The notes beneath the pieces were generated by a model. The model was not told the origin of the DNA. It saw only the letters and a list, made by a program, of their open reading frames with translations, and ran no database searches. A stretch of 64,000 bases of DNA, from the NCBI GenBank assembly GCA_958296135.2, contig CATQHZ020000001.1, positions 640,001-704,000 on the forward strand. The letters run 5' to 3'. Source of the DNA: an uncultured Poribacteria bacterium. GTDB taxonomy: Bacteria > Poribacteria > WGA-4E > WGA-3G. The first letter of the stretch is position 1. The number at the start of each line of letters is the position of its first letter. Shown here piece after piece: positions 28,883-40,110 of this stretch. Both the position numbers and the translations under genes were made by a program.

Positions 28883-29896
28883 ATGTCAACGACACCAACC
28901 CAGACTGCTCTTGAAGCCGCCCAGTTTCTCAAAACGGCGCGAGAAAACATTTTAACCGAGCTCAAAAAGCGCATCATCGGGCAGAGCGATGTCATCGATC
29001 AGCTCCTCATCGCGCTCTTTTCCCAAGGGCATTGCCTGCTTGTCGGCGTGCCGGGGCTGGCGAAGACGCTGCTCATCAGCACCTTCGCGGACATCCTCGA
29101 TTTGCCGTTCAACCGCATTCAGTTCACACCCGATTTGATGCCCTCCGACATCATCGGCACCGATATTATTGAGGAAGAGGTGGACACGGGCAAACGCGCC
29201 TTCCGCTTTATCAAGGGCCCTGTTTTTGCCAACATCGTCCTTGCCGATGAGATTAACCGTACGCCGCCGAAAACACAAGCCGCACTGCTACAAGCGATGC
29301 AAGAATACAAAGTCACGGCTGGCGGCAATACCTATGGATTGGAACTGCCGTTCTTCGTGTTAGCCACGCAAAACCCGATTGAGCAGGAAGGCACCTACCC
29401 ACTCCCCGAAGCGCAACTTGACCGGTTTATGTTCAACATCTACATCGACTATCCCGACAAGGCGGAAGAAAAAGAGATTGTGATGACAACCACCTCCGCT
29501 TACGAGGCAAACGTCCAACCCGTGCTCTCAGGAGCGGACGTATTGCGGTTGCAACAGATAGTCCGGAAGGTGCCGATTGCCGAAGCAATGGTGGATTACG
29601 CCGTGGAATTGAGCCTGAATACGCGCCCGACGCAGCCCGATGCACCCGATTTTATTAAAGACTGGGTGAATTGGGGGGCGGGCCCTCGCGCATCGCAGTA
29701 TCTCGTGCTCGGTGCAAAAGCGCGCGCGATTATGCATGGCCGCTATCATGTCGCGTATGAAGACATCAAAGCGGTAGCGAAGCCGGTCTTCCGTCATCGA
29801 ATCCTGACGAACTTCAACGCCGAAGCAGATGGAATTACGAGTCTGGATATTATTGACAGGTTGTTGGAGCAGGTCCGGCCCCCGGAGGTGACATAG
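28883..29896 (+). CDS. moxR: MoxR family AAA+ ATPase
   Basis: GVPGLAKT, RIQFTPDLMPSD, DEINR, ATQNPIEQEGTYPLPEAQLDRF. Confidence 0.92.
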   Translation: MSTTPTQTALEAAQFLKTARENILTELKKRIIGQSDVIDQLLIALFSQGHCLLVGVPGLAKTLLISTFADILDLPFNRIQFTPDLMPSDIIGTDIIEEEVDTGKRAFRFIKGPVFANIVLADEINRTPPKTQAALLQAMQEYKVTAGGNTYGLELPFFVLATQNPIEQEGTYPLPEAQLDRFMFNIYIDYPDKAEEKEIVMTTTSAYEANVQPVLSGADVLRLQQIVRKVPIAEAMVDYAVELSLNTRPTQPDAPDFIKDWVNWGAGPRASQYLVLGAKARAIMHGRYHVAYEDIKAVAKPVFRHRILTNFNAEADGITSLDIIDRLLEQVRPPEVT

Positions 29897-29951
29897 TGGG
29901 ACAAACCCCGGAGGCGCAGTTTGCAACCGCGCACGGAATAGGAGACACAAC

Positions 29952-31432
29952 ATGAGAAATGCCCTCTACTTCGGCGATAACCTCCAGGTGATGCGCGAGA
30001 TGCAAACCGCACGCTACCACACCTGCTATCTCGATCCGCCGTTCAACAGCGGCCGCAAGTACAACATCTTCCTCGCCGCGTCTAAAGCGCACCGCAAGGC
30101 GTTTGACGACATCTGGCGGTGGGATGACGCGGCGCGCGAGAATCAAGACGCTGTCCTTTACTACGATGGACGGCACCCCGAACTGGTTGAAACGATGGGC
30201 AATGTATCAGGTTGTTTATCAGGATTTAACTATTGGTTAAGAAGGGGGGGGGTAAAGCAGAAGAATCGATGCGCGCCTATTTGGCATTCATGGCCCCGCG
30301 GTTGGCAGAGATTTGGCGGTTGCTGACACCGACGGGGAGCGTCTTTCTACACTGTGACCCGCACGCGAGCCACTATCTGAAGTGCATGATGGATGCGATT
30401 TTTGGCGCGTCGAATTTCAGGAACGAGATTGTCTGGTGCTACACCGGCCCAGGTTCTCCGAAGATGCGTCAGTTCAACCGCAAGCACGATACCATCCTCT
30501 GGTATTCCAAGGGCAAAACGTGGACGTTCAATAGAGACGATGTGCGTCTTCCCTACAAAGATCCGAACCAAACTCTACGCCGGGCTATGGATAGCGGCCG
30601 AGGGCTCGGTCAGGAACAGGTTCAACAGTATAGAGAACGCGGCAAAGTCCCTGAAACGTGGTGGACAGATATCGCAGTAGCTGTTCGCTCTTCAAGGGAA
30701 CGCCTCGGCTACCCGACACAGAAACCGCTGAAATTGTTGGAGCGTATCATCAAAGCCGCTTCCAATCCGGGCGACATCGTGTTCGATCCGTTTTGTGGGT
30801 GCGGCACGGCGTTAGATGCGGCGCATGGCCTCAACCGGCACTGGGTAGGCATCGATCTGACGGTGCTCGCTTTGGAACCGATGGAGCGGCGGCTTCGCGA
30901 ACGTCACGGACTTGTTCCTAAAGTGGATTACGACATTGCAGGATATCCGACAACGTATCAGGATGCCATGCTGCTCGCTGAACAGAACCCACACGACTTT
31001 GCAAATTGGGCCGTCACCCGATTGGGACTTGCGCCGACGGCGAACAGCAACGATGGCGGGTTCGATGGCACGGGGAAGGTGCTGCTTTGGGAAAACAGCA
31101 GCGCGGCGACGCAGCTGCCAGTCATTGCGGAGGTAAAATCGGGGAGGAGTCTGTCCCCCAATCAGGTGCGCGCGTTCCGCACGGCGATGCAGGATACGAA
31201 CGCCGCCATCGGCATTTTCATTACGTTGCACCCTGTCACGCGCGGGATGCGGCATCTCGCCGAGGCAGCAGGTGCAATTGAGCATAACGGGCGACGGTAT
31301 CCTCGGTTGCAATTTTGGCAGTTAACGGATGCGTATTTTGAGGCGGGCCTCATCCCCGTGAATTTGCCGTGGCAAGTAGATGAGCGTCCAAAGGCGGTGC
31401 GGCATTATGGCGGGGAGCAGACCTATTTTTAA
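29952..31432 (+). pseudogene. DNA methyltransferase fused to Mrr-like endonuclease, frameshifted at a G9 tract
   Basis: First ORF has LYFGDNL and DPPFNS; second ORF has YPTQKP, DPFCGCGT and DGGFDG..EVKSG; the frames join at 30244-30252. Confidence 0.8.
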
Positions 31433-31493
31433 CAGGCATCGCGCGGGCACGATGCCTGAAAATGAGCCGCTTACCAAAATGGCGAAATGGGCA

Positions 31494-32363
31494 TCAGCGT
31501 CCAAGGTTCATTTCGTAGCGAAAAGTGATGCCGGGCAGACTCAGCATCTCATCCAAATTCGGCATCTGTTCGATTCCCAAGAGTTGCTCCAGCAACGAGG
31601 GCTTTTCCTCTTTGCGCACGATTCTGGGCTTTCCGTCAATGCCAGCAAATTCTGCGGCGAGTTCGATGGCATCAGGAAGGTTGCCGAGTTTGTCCAAGAG
31701 TTTCAAATCCAGTGCCTGCTTACCGGAGAAAATGCGTCCATCAGCGAGGGTGACGACTTCATCTCGCGTGAAATGCTCGCCTCGTGCGGTGAAGATGGTG
31801 TCAACAAACTGATTGTAGACATCGTCCACTGTGCCTTGCAGCACCGCCCGCTCCGCCGCCGTCATTTCGCGGAAGGGGGAACCGGTGTCCTTAAACGTGC
31901 TGCTCTTAATGACTTCGTGTTCCAACCCGATTTTGTCGTATAACCCCTTCAGTCGGGTGAACTGCATGATAACGCCGATACTGCCGGTGAGTGTGCCGGG
32001 GTTCGCGACGATGGTGTTCGCTGCGCATGCGAGGTAGTAGCCGCCCGATGCCGCCGTGCCGCCCAGTGAGGCGACAATCGGTTTGTCTAGTTTCTCCAAT
32101 TCGGCGTAAATCTCTTGCACGGGAGCAACGCTGCCGCCGGGCGAATCGATTCGGATGACCATGGCCTTGATGCTCGGGTCATCGCGGTAAGTGTGAATGA
32201 GTTTAATGGTGGCATCCGAATGCGAGATAATGCCGTTGATGTCTAGCACGGCCACTTTCTCGCCCATCGGCGTGCTACCCATCATTGAACGGAGGAGTAT
32301 CATTAAGAAAAACAGCCCGACGATAACGCCTAAGATGATAAAAGTTCGTTGTCTCTTTTTCAT
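31494..32363 (-). CDS. sppA: Signal peptide peptidase SppA (36K type)
   Basis: IDSPGGS, AASGGYY, TGSIGV, DGRIFSG. Confidence 0.92.
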   Translation of the reverse strand: MKKRQRTFIILGVIVGLFFLMILLRSMMGSTPMGEKVAVLDINGIISHSDATIKLIHTYRDDPSIKAMVIRIDSPGGSVAPVQEIYAELEKLDKPIVASLGGTAASGGYYLACAANTIVANPGTLTGSIGVIMQFTRLKGLYDKIGLEHEVIKSSTFKDTGSPFREMTAAERAVLQGTVDDVYNQFVDTIFTARGEHFTRDEVVTLADGRIFSGKQALDLKLLDKLGNLPDAIELAAEFAGIDGKPRIVRKEEKPSLLEQLLGIEQMPNLDEMLSLPGITFRYEMNLGR

Positions 32364-32396
32364 TTTCGTTTTTCCTTCGCGATTTGGAGAGTTCTC

Positions 32397-33038
32397 CTAT
32401 CGGCCAAAGAGGACTACCCAAAAGGTTTTCAACAGCCACCCCAGGTCGGCGGCGAGGCTCTGTGTTGCAACATAGTGCAGATCCAAGGCGAGTTTCTTCG
32501 GCATCAATTCCGTGATGTAGTAGTGCTCCGGATTTGAACGCGCTTTGAGTTTCTCTTCCTCATGCCGATTGGCAAGCTGCGAGGGCCCCGTCATCCCCGG
32601 CTTCACCTGAAGCACCTGCTTTTGTGCCGGCGTGTAGGATTGAACGTAGATGGGTGCCTCCGGGCGCGGGCCAATCAGGCTCATCTCTCCTTTGATAACG
32701 TTGATTAAGTTCGGAAGTTCGTCCAATTTCGTCCATCTTAAAAACCGGCCGATGCGGGTGATACGTGCGTCCTGATAGGTAGTCAGACTGCTTCCCAGTC
32801 TATCAGCGTTGACTACCATCGTTCTGAACTTATACATCTCGAAAAGCACTTCGTCCTTGCCAACCCGTTTCGCCTTGTAAAATACGGGCCCGGCGGATTG
32901 CCCCTTCGCTAGCACACATCCGAGTAGGAAGAGCGGGGACAGCAGCAGGAGTCCGACTGTGCCGAAAACCAGGTCGAACGCGCGCTTGTGTCGGAGTTGG
33001 CCTTGAGCTGGGAGATAGAGTCGGTTCTGCGTTATCAT
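32397..33038 (-). CDS. Bacterial sugar transferase (polyprenyl glycosylphosphotransferase)
   Basis: KRAFD, KFRTM, KLDELP, GEMSLIGPRPE, KPGMTG. Confidence 0.9.
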   Translation of the reverse strand: MITQNRLYLPAQGQLRHKRAFDLVFGTVGLLLLSPLFLLGCVLAKGQSAGPVFYKAKRVGKDEVLFEMYKFRTMVVNADRLGSSLTTYQDARITRIGRFLRWTKLDELPNLINVIKGEMSLIGPRPEAPIYVQSYTPAQKQVLQVKPGMTGPSQLANRHEEEKLKARSNPEHYYITELMPKKLALDLHYVATQSLAADLGWLLKTFWVVLFGR

Positions 33039-35188
33039 TTGCCGGCTATTTTCCTCACCGATGGTTCCTCAGTGTTCGCGCGCTTTTCCTCCGATTTTGA
33101 CGCAGTGTTATTCGGTTTACCGAATAACACATCTTCGGGCAGAGTGTAAACACTCTGCCCTACGTCAAAATCGGCAGTGGGGAACTGAAGAATCTCGGAC
33201 GCGTTCGCCGCATCGCTCTCCGTGATGAATGCACGGTTCGGCTCATAAGTCGGAACGAGCTCTTGGAATTTGGTGACAATTCCCTCCGTATCAAGTTCAT
33301 CGGCGAGTTGCGAGAGTGCCGCAATACCGGAGAGGAGTTGGCGTTCCTCAATTTTTTCCAGTTGCGCGACGAAGATGCGTTGATGCTTCGTCGCTGTCAC
33401 GCCTTCCTGAGGTGTTAGCAACTCTTCATATAACTTTTCACCGGGTTCTAACCCGGTGAAAGCGATTTTGATGTCTCTGTCCACTTCGAGCCCGGAAAGC
33501 CGAATCAGGTCTTGAGCCAGATCGAGGATTTTAATCGGTTCCCCCATGTCTAACATCAGGATTTCGCCGCCGTTCCCCATGGCACCGGCTTGGATGAGCA
33601 GTTGCACCGCTTCCGGAATCGTCATGAAGTAGCGCGTTGCCTCTCGATGCGTGACGGTGACGGGGCCTCCCTTCGTAATCTGCCGTTTGAAATTCGGTAG
33701 TACACTGGCTCGGCTGCCGATGACGTTGCCGAACCGCACTGCAATGAACCGCGTGCCGTTTTGCTTCGCTTTGCACTGAATTAACTTCTCGGTGACGCGT
33801 TTTGAGGCCCCGTAGACGCTTGTCGGGTTCACGGCTTTATCGGAGGAGACGAGGATGAACGCTTCGACGTGGTGTTTTATCGCTGCGTCAATCAGGTTCT
33901 GTGTGCCGAGGATGTTATTCTTCACCGCTTCGTCTGGGTGATTCTCCATGAATTTGACGTGCTTGTGCGCGGCGGCATGGAAGATAATATGCGGGCGGTA
34001 TTTTTGGATAATTTGCGACACTTTCGAGTTATCGCGAATGTCCCCAATAATGACGGCCCGGTTGAGTGCCGGCTCAGACTCCCGGAGCTCTATATCTGTA
34101 TGATAGAGGCTATTTTCCCCGCGTCCGAAGAGCATAAGGAGTTCTGGGTTGAGTTTGGCGACTTGGCGGCAGAGTTCGGAGCCGATTGAGCCGCCTGCGC
34201 CCGTTACCATGACGCGTTTCCCGGAAAGGTATTTGGATACCTCGGCGATGTCCATCTGCGATGTGGAGCGGTTGAGTAAATCTTCAAATCGCACCTCTCG
34301 GATGTGGTTGATGCTGGCGCGTCCCTCAAGGATAGCGTGAATATTCGGGACGATGCGGAATTGGCATCCCCGGTATTCGCATTGGCGGATAATATCGCGA
34401 ACTTTTCCACCGGGCGCGGAGGGAATGGCGATGACGACTTCCTGAATCTCGCGCTTTCGGGCAATATAGGTTAAATCACGCGTCGTTCCGAGCACTTCCA
34501 AGCCGGCGATGCTTTTGCCAATCTTCCGTGCGTCATCGTCAATGAATCCAATGGGGAGGTATCCTTTCTGCGGGTGTTCCCGAAGCGCGCGGAGCACGCC
34601 GATGCCTGTTTCGCCAGCCCCGATGATGAGGACTTTGATGTGTGGCACACTTCGCCCCCTATCGGGATGCGATTTTCCCTTGTGGGCGCGTTTGCTCCTC
34701 TCAATAATTTGAAAGGAGAATTTGGCAAACCCGAGCAGCACGAGGTTATAGAGCCCATCGATGAGAAAAGGCATCCAAGCCATTTTCATGAGCACGGCAC
34801 CGGCGACGAGCACGGCAGTTGCAATGCCAATTGCCCCGGCTAAGGCGCGGAACTCCTGCACCGCGGCATACCGCCACATCGGCTTGTAGAGATTAAAGCC
34901 GAGCAACAGGCTGACGCGGACTATCGTCACAACGCCTGCGAGAATGACATACATCACGTCTGCTGGGAAGCGCGCGAGCAGGTGCAGCGGCGGCGTGGGT
35001 TGGGCTAACAGATTGAAGCCCAAGTGCCGGCACGTATAATAGGCCAATAGAAACGCTAGATTCACGATAAGCACATCAATGACAACTGATGAGCTCCATT
35101 TGATTTTCGACTTTTGTATTTTGGGCCTCCCATTTTTCTGTTTGCAGTCGTAGGGCGAGCTCGCCTGAGCGCGCCGTGTTCTACGCAA
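33035..35188 (-). CDS. Polysaccharide biosynthesis NDP-sugar dehydratase (CapD/PglF-like)
   Basis: N-terminal TM helices, GAGGSIGSEL, HAAAHKHV, SSDKAVNP, RFGNV; start uncertain. Confidence 0.88.
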   Translation of the reverse strand: MRRTRRAQASSPYDCKQKNGRPKIQKSKIKWSSSVVIDVLIVNLAFLLAYYTCRHLGFNLLAQPTPPLHLLARFPADVMYVILAGVVTIVRVSLLLGFNLYKPMWRYAAVQEFRALAGAIGIATAVLVAGAVLMKMAWMPFLIDGLYNLVLLGFAKFSFQIIERSKRAHKGKSHPDRGRSVPHIKVLIIGAGETGIGVLRALREHPQKGYLPIGFIDDDARKIGKSIAGLEVLGTTRDLTYIARKREIQEVVIAIPSAPGGKVRDIIRQCEYRGCQFRIVPNIHAILEGRASINHIREVRFEDLLNRSTSQMDIAEVSKYLSGKRVMVTGAGGSIGSELCRQVAKLNPELLMLFGRGENSLYHTDIELRESEPALNRAVIIGDIRDNSKVSQIIQKYRPHIIFHAAAHKHVKFMENHPDEAVKNNILGTQNLIDAAIKHHVEAFILVSSDKAVNPTSVYGASKRVTEKLIQCKAKQNGTRFIAVRFGNVIGSRASVLPNFKRQITKGGPVTVTHREATRYFMTIPEAVQLLIQAGAMGNGGEILMLDMGEPIKILDLAQDLIRLSGLEVDRDIKIAFTGLEPGEKLYEELLTPQEGVTATKHQRIFVAQLEKIEERQLLSGIAALSQLADELDTEGIVTKFQELVPTYEPNRAFITESDAANASEILQFPTADFDVGQSVYTLPEDVLFGKPNNTASKSEEKRANTEEPSVRKIAGK

Positions 35189-35365
35189 TTCACCGCTATA
35201 GTTCGGGCTCGCAACCCGCCGATGTTAGTGACATCGGCGGGCCGGTGCTGAGCCGGGAATAGCTCAGTGCCATTCCCTGTATGACATGCAGGACAAAATC
35301 TGGTGCTCTTGCCCTACAGACGCGAGACGATTCAAACCAATTTGGTATGCTTCCATTTGGTTTCG

Positions 35366-36565
35366 CTAAGGACGCGTCGCGCCGGTAAGCGCGCCAGAGT
35401 AAACTTTTTCTAAATGTGCGCCGATAACTTGCCAACTATAGGTAGTTTCAACCCGTTTCCTGCCGGCCTGGGCGAGGGTTTCTCGCAAGTCCCGGTTCTC
35501 CACGAGCTGACTCACCTGTGCTGCGAAGGTTTCAGGCGTATCTGCAACGAGCAGCTCGGTGCCGAGGGCTGCTGACAGTCCCATCGCGCCGACAGAGCTC
35601 GTGACGACAGGCACCCCCATTGCCATTGCTTCTAAATTTTTCGTCTGTATCCCGGAGCCGGCCCGCAGCGGCGCGACAAAAACCGATGCCTTCTCAAAAT
35701 AGGGACGGACATCTGGCACCGCGCCGGTAACCACTACTCCCTCCTGGGCGGCAAGCCGCTGTATTTGTTCTGTCGGTTCTCTCCCAACGATAGTGAAGGT
35801 TGCTTCCGGGTGTCGTTTCCGAACGCGCGGGAAAATCTCCCGGCAGAAATAGAGCACTGCATCCGCGTTCGGGAAATAGTTCATCGTTCCGGTGAACAGC
35901 AAGTTTGCGGGGGCGCGTTTGCAAGCGGCGGTTTGTGCAAAATACGCCAAGTCAACCCCCATCGGGACAACCGATAAATTCAAGTTATCGTCCTGTTTGA
36001 GCAGGTAGTCCCTATCAAAATCGGCGACGACGGTGCCGGAATCGAAGCCCTTCATGATGTCCACTTCGTATCGGCGCACCCGTTTTTCTTCTAATTTTAC
36101 CAAAAAACGTTTTGGTATGCAATCAAAATTTGCACGTCGGCTGAGATTGAGTGCCAGTGAATCGCACAAATCCAGCACTTTCGCGGGGGCTCGCGCTTCC
36201 GTAACGTATTGTCCCATCCGAAACAACTGCGCGTGGATGAGCTCAAACCGTTCCGCTGCGAGGAGTTTATTAATCGTGCGCTGCATGTGCGGCGAATACC
36301 AATAATGCACCTGAAGCGGCAGCCGCGAGAGACAGTGAACCGCCGTGTTGAGCAGAGCGAAGGGCCGGCGGAAGGGCACATACGCGACACGCTCACAATA
36401 AGTTTGCAGATGCTTCGCCGCCGCGATGTCCGCCGCTGACGCTGCGAAATAGACGAGTGTCACCGAGTGTCGCTGCGAGAGATGCTTAATGAAGTGGTAT
36501 GACCGGATGCAGTCCCCCCGGTGCGGCGGATACGGGCATCGCAGACTTAAAAATAAGATTTTCAT
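35366..36565 (-). CDS. Glycosyltransferase family 4 protein
   Basis: PYPPHRGD, FTGTMNYFPNADA, GSGIQTKNLEAMAMG. Confidence 0.88.
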   Translation of the reverse strand: MKILFLSLRCPYPPHRGDCIRSYHFIKHLSQRHSVTLVYFAASAADIAAAKHLQTYCERVAYVPFRRPFALLNTAVHCLSRLPLQVHYWYSPHMQRTINKLLAAERFELIHAQLFRMGQYVTEARAPAKVLDLCDSLALNLSRRANFDCIPKRFLVKLEEKRVRRYEVDIMKGFDSGTVVADFDRDYLLKQDDNLNLSVVPMGVDLAYFAQTAACKRAPANLLFTGTMNYFPNADAVLYFCREIFPRVRKRHPEATFTIVGREPTEQIQRLAAQEGVVVTGAVPDVRPYFEKASVFVAPLRAGSGIQTKNLEAMAMGVPVVTSSVGAMGLSAALGTELLVADTPETFAAQVSQLVENRDLRETLAQAGRKRVETTYSWQVIGAHLEKVYSGALTGATRP

Positions 36566-36722
36566 TGCATCAGCACATTCATGTCCATTCTCTCAAAGTG
36601 CCGGTCGAAATCGAATCGACCTTTTCAATCGCGCACTGCAGCGCGGCGTTTTCGAGCGCGTCTCGCCGTGGGATTGATAATAACACCTCTCAATCCATTT
36701 GGCAAGGGAGCAACAAACGGCA

Positions 36723-36914
36723 CTAGGACTGCAGTTCCGCCTCGTCGATGAGCATTACCGGAATGCCATCGCGGATGGGATAACGCCGCTGGCATTCGCC
36801 TTGGCACACCAGTTTCTCTTCGGCTTCATCGTGCGCTATCTCGCCTTTGCACGCTGGGCACGCCAGAATCTCAAGCAACGTTTCCGAGAGTCCATACGAT
36901 TTTTCTGAATTCAT
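36723..36914 (-). CDS. Trm112 family protein
   Basis: LLEILACPACK..YPIRDGIPVMLIDEA. Confidence 0.9.
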   Translation of the reverse strand: MNSEKSYGLSETLLEILACPACKGEIAHDEAEEKLVCQGECQRRYPIRDGIPVMLIDEAELQS

Positions 36915-36944
36915 AGTTATTCTCCTTCGCGTCTCCGGCCGCGA

Positions 36945-39647
36945 TTAGCGGCCGTGGCACCGCTTGTATTTCTGGCCGCTGCCGCAGGGACACGGCGCAT
37001 TTCTGCCGACTTTCGGCATGGTGCCCATCGCCTGCTGCGATGCGAATTCGGCGGGGCCCGGGTCAGCGGGAGCGTTTTGTTTCGGCATGGGCCGGCGCGG
37101 CCTGCCACCGGGCCTGCCAGAACGCCGCGCGGGCGTGCGGCGCGGGGCTTCTGTGTTGACCCGGGACTTGAAGATGAATTCGCTCACTTCCTCCTCAATG
37201 TGTCGATACATTTGCTCAAACACACCGAGTGCCTCGTTTTTGAAAACGACAATCGGGTCTTTCCCGCCGTAGCCTGCGCCAAAGCGGATACCCTCTTCAA
37301 CGTAGTCTATGTTGTAGAGGTGGTCCTTCCAATGATTATCGATTCTATCCAAGAGGAGCAGGCGTTCCAGGAGGCGCATCGTTTCAGCACCCATTTCCAT
37401 CTCGCGCTGTTCATAGACGGTTCGCAATGCGTCTAGTGTCTCTGCTTGGATGTCGTCAGGATTCGCCTGCGTCAAAGGGTGCTTCCACGCGGGCTGAACA
37501 GGGAAGGTATTCGTTAACCATTGTGCGAATCTGTCTGGGGTTTCTAGCGTTTTTCCGCCTCGTTCCGGCAGATTCTCGTCAATTCCATCGGCGACGACGC
37601 GTTCGATCATCGCCCAGATGGTAGTTTTCAAATCGTCCCCGCTGAGGACGGTATCGCGCAACGTATAGATAGTATCGCGCTGTGAGTCCATGACATCGTC
37701 AAACTTGAGCAGATTTTTGCGAATTTCAAAGTGCATCTGCTCCACGCGCGTCTGCGCCTTCTCAATAGATTTCGAGACCCAGGGGTGCTCCAAGGGGGTA
37801 TCTTCGTCCATTCCGACGCGCGTCATCAGTCCCTGGAGCCGCTCGGAACCAAATTTCCGCATCAGTTCGTCTTCGAGCGAGAGATAGAAGCGCGATGAGC
37901 CCGGGTCGCCTTGCCTGCCGGAGCGGCCGCGGAGCTGGTTATCAATGCGGCGAGATTCGTGTCGTTCCGTGCCGATGATATGCAAGCCGCCTGCGGCGAG
38001 GACCTTTTCGCGGTTTTCGGTACAAATTGCCTCGGCCTCGGCGAGCGCGGTTTGAAATTCCTCGGATGCCGGCGGAAGTTTGTCGACGTTCACCTTCTTC
38101 TTCCGCAACATCTCCGTGGCAAGGCCCTCAGGGTTCCCGCCGAGGAGGATATCCACCCCGCGCCCGGCCATGTTGGTAGCGATAGTGACGGCCCCGGGTC
38201 CCCCGGCCTGCGCGATGATATCGGCCTCGCGTGCGTGCTCCTTCGCGTTCAACACCTGATGTTTGATGTTCCGCTGTTTCGTCCGGAGCATTTTGCTCAG
38301 TTTCTCGGAGTTTTCAATCGAAACCGTGCCGACGAGGATAGGGCGGCCCTTTTCATGCTGTTCAATAATATCGTTCAAGACTGCAGCGTATTTTGCCGCC
38401 TCGGTCTTGTAAATCTGGTCGGCGTGGTCTGCCCGGATCATCGGTTCATTCGTTGGGATGACAGCAACATCGAGTTTATAGATATGCGCGAATTCGTTCG
38501 CCTCTGTCGCCGCGGTGCCTGTCATCCCCGCCAGCTTTTCATACAGGCGGAAGTAATTCTGGTAGGTAATTTTTGCGCCGGTTTGGCTTTCCTGCACGAC
38601 GCGCACGCGCTCCTTCGCCTCGATTGCCTGATGGAGCCCCTCGCTGAGCCGCCTGCCGATCTGCTTTCTGCCTGTGAATTCATCGACGAGGAGGACTTCG
38701 CCGTTCTCGACGAGGTAGTCCACATCTCGCTTGTAAAGGTTGTGTGCGGTGAGGGATTGATTGACGTGATGGACGAGCGCGATGTTAGTATGTTCATAGA
38801 GGTTGTCGACACCGAGTCGGCGTTGCACCTCTTCAACTCCCTCGTCTGTAAGCGTCACACTGCCGCGCGCCTTGCCCTGCTGGTCGATCTGGAAATGGAG
38901 ATCCTTCACTAGCCGTGCAACAACGCTGTTAATCTGTTTGTAGAGTTCGGGGGGTTCTCCGGAGGGTTCCGAGATGATAAGCGGCGTGCGCGCTTCGTCA
39001 ATGAGGATGCTATCCACTTCGTCAAGGATACAATAGACATGTTCGCGTTGCACCTTTGCGTCAAGGGACATCGCCTTGTTGTCCCAGAGGTAATCGAACC
39101 CGAATTCGCTGTGAACGCCGTAGGTAATATCGGCTTTGTATCCAAGCATTTTCTGTTCGTGCGGTATCTGGCTCAGCGTGAGCCCGACAGAGAGTCCGAG
39201 GAAGTTGTAAATTTTCCCCATCCATTCAGCGTCTCGGCGCGCGAGATAGTCGTTCACGGTGGCGAGATGCACGCCTCTGCCGGTGAGCGCGTTCAGATAG
39301 ACAGGCAGCGTTGAGGTTAAGGTTTTGCCTTCTCCTGTTCGCATTTCGGCGATTTGGCCCTGGTGGAGCGCGATGCCGCCCATGAGTTGGACATCGTAGT
39401 GGCGCTGCTTCAACGTCCGCATCGCTGCTTCTCGAACGACAGCGAAGGCATCCGGTAAAAGTTCGTCAAGCGATGCGCCTGCCTCCAACTGCTGGCGAAA
39501 TTCTGGGGTTTTTGTTTGGAGTTGCGCGTCTGTCAGTTTCTTGATTTCCGGCTCGCGCTGGTTTATCGCCTCAACAAGGGCACGGTAGCGTTTGACATCC
39601 CGTTCTTCCTTGCTGCCAAAAACCTTGCTTAGGTATTTTTGAACCAT
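36945..39647 (-). CDS. secA: Preprotein translocase subunit SecA
   Basis: [33 protein letters not shown] and C-terminal [13 protein letters not shown]; GGAG RBS before ATG at 39647. Confidence 0.97.
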   Translation of the reverse strand: MVQKYLSKVFGSKEERDVKRYRALVEAINQREPEIKKLTDAQLQTKTPEFRQQLEAGASLDELLPDAFAVVREAAMRTLKQRHYDVQLMGGIALHQGQIAEMRTGEGKTLTSTLPVYLNALTGRGVHLATVNDYLARRDAEWMGKIYNFLGLSVGLTLSQIPHEQKMLGYKADITYGVHSEFGFDYLWDNKAMSLDAKVQREHVYCILDEVDSILIDEARTPLIISEPSGEPPELYKQINSVVARLVKDLHFQIDQQGKARGSVTLTDEGVEEVQRRLGVDNLYEHTNIALVHHVNQSLTAHNLYKRDVDYLVENGEVLLVDEFTGRKQIGRRLSEGLHQAIEAKERVRVVQESQTGAKITYQNYFRLYEKLAGMTGTAATEANEFAHIYKLDVAVIPTNEPMIRADHADQIYKTEAAKYAAVLNDIIEQHEKGRPILVGTVSIENSEKLSKMLRTKQRNIKHQVLNAKEHAREADIIAQAGGPGAVTIATNMAGRGVDILLGGNPEGLATEMLRKKKVNVDKLPPASEEFQTALAEAEAICTENREKVLAAGGLHIIGTERHESRRIDNQLRGRSGRQGDPGSSRFYLSLEDELMRKFGSERLQGLMTRVGMDEDTPLEHPWVSKSIEKAQTRVEQMHFEIRKNLLKFDDVMDSQRDTIYTLRDTVLSGDDLKTTIWAMIERVVADGIDENLPERGGKTLETPDRFAQWLTNTFPVQPAWKHPLTQANPDDIQAETLDALRTVYEQREMEMGAETMRLLERLLLLDRIDNHWKDHLYNIDYVEEGIRFGAGYGGKDPIVVFKNEALGVFEQMYRHIEEEVSEFIFKSRVNTEAPRRTPARRSGRPGGRPRRPMPKQNAPADPGPAEFASQQAMGTMPKVGRNAPCPCGSGQKYKRCHGR

Positions 39648-39658
39648 GGTGTCTCCAC

Positions 39659-40059
39659 ATTTTTCGTATTCTGTAGTGGTGCCAAGCATCCGGTCAAGTT
39701 TATCTTGGCAGGGTAACCTGCTCTGCGTATCGGCTCACGCGGGGTGTGCCTTCGCTATTTTTCGTATTCTGTAGTGGTGCCAAGCATCCGGTCAAGTTTA
39801 TCTTGGCAGGGTAACCTGCTCTGCGTATCGGCTCACGCGGGGTGTGCCTTCGCTATTTTTCGTATTCTGTAGTGGTGCCAAGCATCCGGTCAAGTTTATC
39901 TTGGCAGGGTAACCTGCTCTGCGTATCGGCTCACGCGGGGTGTGCCTTCGCTATTTTTCGTATTCTGTAGTGGTGCCAAGCATCCGGTCAAGTTTATCTT
40001 GGCAGGGTAACCTGCTCTGCGTATCGGCTCACGCGGGGTGTGCCTTCGCTATTTTTCGT
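39659..40059. repeat. Tandem array of 4 identical 98-bp units plus 9 bp
   Basis: Period of 98 checked at positions 39665, 39763, 39861, 39959 and 40057. Confidence 0.95.
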
Positions 40060-40110
40060 TATACCCAATGAGGTGGCAGGCGAGCCTGAACTACAGCGGT
40101 TAATTTGGTA

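Noticed and set aside
35905-35935. Family A-like sequence inside the glycosyltransferase (AACKRAPA)
   Set aside because: The match is degenerate and the linker is not clearly longer than usual, so an insertion is not supported
39659-40059. 98-bp array as a CRISPR array
   Set aside because: Units are identical end to end, with no variable spacers and no cas genes in the window
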